From the NCBI GenBank assembly GCA_004524535.1, contig SDNY01000125.1:1-10556 (forward strand): DNA of 10,556 nt. The letters run 5' to 3'. This document shows positions 6,953 through 10,556 of this stretch, in pieces. Both the position numbers and the translations under genes were made by a program. Numbering within the stretch: the stretch's first letter is position 1; the number at the start of each line of letters is the position of its first letter. The notes below the pieces were generated by a model that saw only the letters and a list, made by a program, of their open reading frames with translations, had not been told where the DNA came from and searched no databases. This DNA comes from Promethearchaeota archaeon. Its GTDB lineage: Archaea > Asgardarchaeota > Lokiarchaeia > Sigyniarchaeales > SOKP01.

Positions 6953-7300
6953 ATGGAAGAAGGAAAAATTCAAACTTATACTAAGTCTAAAACTAAAAAA
7001 GGCATGGACACAATAAAGGGTATTAAGATCGTTTTTATTGTTTTCCTTGTTCTTTTTCTGATAACTATACCATTTCCGTATTATTTTTATAATTGGGGTA
7101 TTTACTCCATACAATACTATATTTGGGAAAAGAACGCCCCAATTGAGATTCATTTCGGGTTTGAGGTCCTTCTTTTTGGCGGTTTTATTGGAATGGGGTG
7201 TATCATTGCTTCAATTATTCGGATTAATATAATTATATTCTTTTTTGTTGAAAAATCAAACTTTTCATATTATCTTTATGCTCAAATTATTTATAAATAA
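6953..7300 (+). pseudogene. N-terminal fragment of a membrane protein, in frame with the NTase fragment
   Basis: ATG at 6953 preceded by GTGGT: MEEGKIQ...KIVFIVFLVLFLITIPFPYYFYNWGIYSIQYYIW...VLLFGGFIGMGCIIASI. After about 7220 it runs into intergenic-looking AT-rich sequence. Confidence 0.5.
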
Positions 7301-7346
7301 TAGTTCAATAAAAATAAACATTCGTTTGAGAAAATATGCTTAAGAT

Positions 7347-7541
7347 ATGTCAAAATTTTTAGATGATTTAAAGAGTTTAGGAAAGGAATTTTACGAGACT
7401 ATAAAACATCGGTCAAAATTGTCCACATTATTTGATATTTTTACAGAAAAGGTTATACCCTCCTTCGTTTCCGAGAAGGATCTTAAAGAGTATTACGAAA
7501 AAAGAATGGAAGAGGTAAATAATTTCATCTACTCATTGTAG
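7347..7541 (+). CDS. Small helical protein (64 aa), or truncated N-terminus of a longer gene
   Basis: ATG-TAG ORF with amphipathic helical pattern; first gene of the 7347-8615 co-oriented cluster. Confidence 0.65.
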   Translation: MSKFLDDLKSLGKEFYETIKHRSKLSTLFDIFTEKVIPSFVSEKDLKEYYEKRMEEVNNFIYSL

Positions 7542-7563
7542 AAATTAATAATAAAAATAAAAA

Positions 7564-7568
7564 GAGGT
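7564..7568 (+). promoter_or_regulatory. Shine-Dalgarno-like GAGGT
   Basis: GAGGT 8 nt upstream of the ATG at 7577. Confidence 0.55.
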
Positions 7569-7576
7569 AATAAAAT

Positions 7577-8281
7577 ATGGTTGAACATGAAGTTATTCTG
7601 GAAAAAGAAGAAGAAAAGCCTAAGTTAGATACAAAAGCGCTTGTGGGAGATCTTCTTTACAGTGCTATAAAGGGGATTGGAGGCATAGCGTTAAAAGGAT
7701 TAGGAGATTTAAGAGTAGAAGGTGCAGAAAATATTCCTATTATAGGAAAAGCGATTTTAACTACTCTTTCAAAAAATGTTTTTCGCGACATGTTAGTAAT
7801 AAGCCAATTAACTGGACGCAAAGTACATTTCATGCTCCATCCCAAAATAATGGCATATCCAATTGCAGGTCAACTTCTTAAAACAATTGGAATGATTAGG
7901 GGCACCAAAGATAAGGAAGATATGGAACCAATCGATAATGTTTTTAGAATACTAAACGAAAAAGGTGATCTTGTTGCTATGACTCCAGAGGCTAAATTGG
8001 AACGAGATATCCAAGTCAAATCTATGGCAGGAATAATTAAATTTGCAGTTGCCGGAAAATCTCCAATAATTCCCTTAGCCATTCATACTGAACAGACAAA
8101 ATTGTTTAATTTAATTCCAATTCCAGGATTAAGAGTCAAAGTTGGCAATCCAATTAGTGTAACAAGTAAATTAACTAGAGAGAAATACCGAGCAGAAAGA
8201 TACGAGCTAGCTGAAGAATTGCTAAATATTATTGAGAACCTTCGAATAATACCTGAAAATGAAGAAGAAAATGATAATTAA
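7577..8281 (+). CDS. PlsC/LPLAT-fold acyltransferase-like protein with degenerate catalytic motifs
   Basis: LRVEGAENIP..GKAIL, GRKVHFM, LVAMTPE, KSPIIPLAI and VKVGNPI match LPLAT blocks. HxxxxD appears as KNVFRD. Confidence 0.85.
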   Translation: MVEHEVILEKEEEKPKLDTKALVGDLLYSAIKGIGGIALKGLGDLRVEGAENIPIIGKAILTTLSKNVFRDMLVISQLTGRKVHFMLHPKIMAYPIAGQLLKTIGMIRGTKDKEDMEPIDNVFRILNEKGDLVAMTPEAKLERDIQVKSMAGIIKFAVAGKSPIIPLAIHTEQTKLFNLIPIPGLRVKVGNPISVTSKLTREKYRAERYELAEELLNIIENLRIIPENEEENDN

Positions 8282-8324
8282 ATATAATAAAATAGAATTT
8301 TGAAAAAAAAGGAGAATAAAGTTA

Positions 8325-8615
8325 ATGGAAAATAAAAATAATTCGAATTTGAATGGAACTCAAGTTGATGTAGTAGAAATGAATAAGCAAATTGAAGAAA
8401 AAACCAGAGAACAATTAAATCCTTCCGAAATGAAAAAGATGTTTTCGGAACTTAATGATGAAAATGATTCCAAGGTAGATAATGTATTAGGAGATCTATT
8501 TTATCAATCTGTGAAATTGATTTTTGATACGGGATTTGATTTAGCGAAAAAGTTAAATCTTGATTTATTTGAGTCCTTCGAATTTGATAAAAAGAAAGAT
8601 AAGAATAAGCCCTAA
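8325..8615 (+). CDS. Hypothetical charged protein (96 aa)
   Basis: ATG preceded by GGAG (8311-8314). Contains VLGDLFYQSVKLI, similar to the acyltransferase N-terminal helix. Confidence 0.75.
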   Translation: MENKNNSNLNGTQVDVVEMNKQIEEKTREQLNPSEMKKMFSELNDENDSKVDNVLGDLFYQSVKLIFDTGFDLAKKLNLDLFESFEFDKKKDKNKP

Positions 8616-8742
8616 ATTTCAATAATTTTTTTAATTAATTTAATTTTAAAGCCTAAATTGTTAAAGTTAATCTCAAGAAGTTTCAATTTGAAACTGACAT
8701 TTGTATTTAAAAGAAACTAATAAGATGTCTTAAAGTAGCAGA

Positions 8743-9678
8743 TTATTTGTAATTTATGAGGATAACAGCCATTAAAACTATTATTCCCCCTAGAATATTC
8801 CATAAGACAATGGTTTCACTTCTTTGAAAGATAAATGAAAACAATAGGGTTAAAAATGGTTCGATATACAAGAATGAAGCAACTTTTGAGGATGTAAGCT
8901 GGTTTTGCGAATTTTGCCAAATATAATACCCTAGAACATAGCACACAAATCCTAAATAGAAAGCACTTAGAAATATAATGATATGGAAAAAATTATCCAG
9001 AAAAATCCAGAATTCGTTATTCAGCACGACCAAAATCAAAAGTTCGATAGTTGCAAAATAAGCAACATATTTAAGAATCTGAATATCCGAATTTGGTTTT
9101 GATTTCGATGCTTTTTTAATCGCAGTTGCATAGATCGCCCATAATAAGGGAGTTGCCAAAGATAGTAATAAAGCTATAAATAAGGGGGAGTTAGGAGATA
9201 GAGTTCTTATGTCTCCCCCAGTTATTAATAAAAAACCTCCCAATGAAGCAATGATAAATCCAATTATTTTTGATTTATTTAGTTTTTCACCAAAAACAAA
9301 GATAGAAAATATCGCTATTAATACAGGAGCTAAGAGACAAACAAATAACGCAGGTAGCGAAGGTCCTATTATTTGAATTGCTGAATATTGAGCAAAAAAG
9401 AAGAGTGATGCTCCTGTAAAACTCGCTAAGATGATTAATAGCCATTGATTGATTGAAAATTTTGAATTTATTTTATTTTCAGCGTTTTCATTTAGATTTT
9501 TTCTTTTTGTGCTAATCTTAAAATAGATATCAAGTACTACAAAACAGGCTGAAGCAATTATAAATCTATACAAAGCTAAAGATAATGGTGGAATAAACTC
9601 AACTGCTATGTCAACAATTATGAAAGACATACTCCACATAACAACCATTAGAATTAAAAATAAATATACTAAAGCCAT
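8743..9678 (-). CDS. DMT superfamily (EamA-type) 10-TM transporter
   Basis: VVMWSMSFI, PPLSLALYRF, LAPVLIAIFSIFVFGEKL, WAIY, ASFLYIEPFLT and NILGGIIVL are two EamA repeats. ATG at 9678 is preferred to TTG at 9714. Confidence 0.92.
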   Translation of the reverse strand: MALVYLFLILMVVMWSMSFIIVDIAVEFIPPLSLALYRFIIASACFVVLDIYFKISTKRKNLNENAENKINSKFSINQWLLIILASFTGASLFFFAQYSAIQIIGPSLPALFVCLLAPVLIAIFSIFVFGEKLNKSKIIGFIIASLGGFLLITGGDIRTLSPNSPLFIALLLSLATPLLWAIYATAIKKASKSKPNSDIQILKYVAYFATIELLILVVLNNEFWIFLDNFFHIIIFLSAFYLGFVCYVLGYYIWQNSQNQLTSSKVASFLYIEPFLTLLFSFIFQRSETIVLWNILGGIIVLMAVILINYK

Positions 9679-9763
9679 CTTATACCAATATGAGTTAATG
9701 ATAAATTTAATCAAAATTTAATATCAAAATGTTTTTTTTAATATATTAAGTTATAAATTATTT

Positions 9764-10396
9764 TTGGAAAGAAATCTCTTGAAAAAAATTAGCTATAGCT
9801 TGCATTTAGGAATAGTTGGTTCAAAAAATTCTGAGAATGGCTCTGGAAGAGAAATATTCTTAGATTATTTGAAAAATAAGACCATTGATGATAAGATTTC
9901 CAGAACGAATGAAAACGATAAAAATCTATTTAATTATTTTATAGTATATAAGCAAATTCCTATTAAAATTAAGGTTTTTTTAGCTGAAACCCTTAATGAA
10001 TTTATTTTGAACCATGAAAAAATTAAGAAACTTGATATTTTAATTCTTGCTTTAAATTTATACAATTTAAATTCTATTAACGAGTTTACTAAAGAAAATT
10101 TTGTGGAATTTAAAGATATTTATTCATTTTGGGGTTTATCTTCTCTAGTAGGAATAGATGTAAATCAAATTTTTAGAAAACCAATCCTTGCAGATAATTT
10201 GCGGATAAACAAAACCGATTTAATTAATAAAACCAAGGAATTAGACATTTTATTTTGTTATGAAATTAATAATAAGGATAAGGATCTTATAGATTTTTAC
10301 GACAATATTTTTAACAATTTCCTAGTTAAATTTCAAATTTCTTCTCCAGAATTATTTGATCAAGCAAAATCCTATGGGAAGGAACTCATTAAATAA
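9764..10396 (+). CDS. Degenerate Ras/Rab-like small GTPase-fold protein (pseudo-GTPase)
   Basis: Order and spacing mirror Rab GTPases: LGIVGSKNSENGSGRE (G1), IKIKVFLAE (G3 region), LDILILALNLYNLNSINEF (beta4-alpha3), SLVGIDV (G4), LRINKTDLINKTKELDILFCYEIN (alpha4-G5). Key nucleotide-binding residues are absent. Confidence 0.65.
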   Translation: MERNLLKKISYSLHLGIVGSKNSENGSGREIFLDYLKNKTIDDKISRTNENDKNLFNYFIVYKQIPIKIKVFLAETLNEFILNHEKIKKLDILILALNLYNLNSINEFTKENFVEFKDIYSFWGLSSLVGIDVNQIFRKPILADNLRINKTDLINKTKELDILFCYEINNKDKDLIDFYDNIFNNFLVKFQISSPELFDQAKSYGKELIK

Positions 10397-10528
10397 TATC
10401 ATTTTTTAAAAAAGGATTATGATTAAAATCAAAAAGTAACAATATTTTTAATTTCCTAACCTAATATAAAATCATAAAAATAATTCATAAATAAATTGAA
10501 AAAAATAGTTGGAGTTTGAAAAGTTAAA

Positions 10529-10556
10529 ATGAGTGAAGACAAGAACGAGATATTAA
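10529..10556 (+). CDS. Probable start of next gene (MSEDKNEIL...), truncated by the window edge
   Basis: ATG after an AT-rich gap, open to the end; GGAG at 10511-10514. Confidence 0.4.

Noticed and set aside
6902-7153. ORF-track 83-aa minus-strand ORF
   Set aside because: Antisense shadow of the plus-strand membrane-protein fragment; no motifs.
7657-8082. ORF-track minus-strand ORFs 7657..7845 and 7870..8082
   Set aside because: Entirely antisense within the well-supported acyltransferase-like gene.

Overview
AT-rich archaeal window, most likely from an Asgard archaeon of the Lokiarchaeia type. This is inferred from a Loki-type N-terminal-domain+LRR protein, a longin-like N-terminus at the left edge and a degenerate Rab-like GTPase fold. 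Intact genes: a polytopic membrane protein, a 2x[4Fe-4S] ferredoxin, a GH5-like TIM-barrel hydrolase coupled to an AEC-family transporter (probable ATT start), the LRR protein, a PlsC-like acyltransferase lacking the catalytic His with two small flanking ORFs, an EamA/DMT transporter and the pseudo-GTPase. Two signals are missed by the ORF track. (1) 5570-7300 is a scrambled mosaic of gene fragments, including a SAM methyltransferase split into N- and C-halves on opposite strands; several ORF-track proteins there are chimeras. (2) Three ATG-initiated 'intergenic' frames (1278-1508, 1592-1837, 4263-4562) are interrupted almost only by TGA at Trp-plausible positions and contain no TGG. No rRNA, tRNA, CRISPR array or intact transposase was seen. 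All family assignments are by motif recognition; no searches were run.
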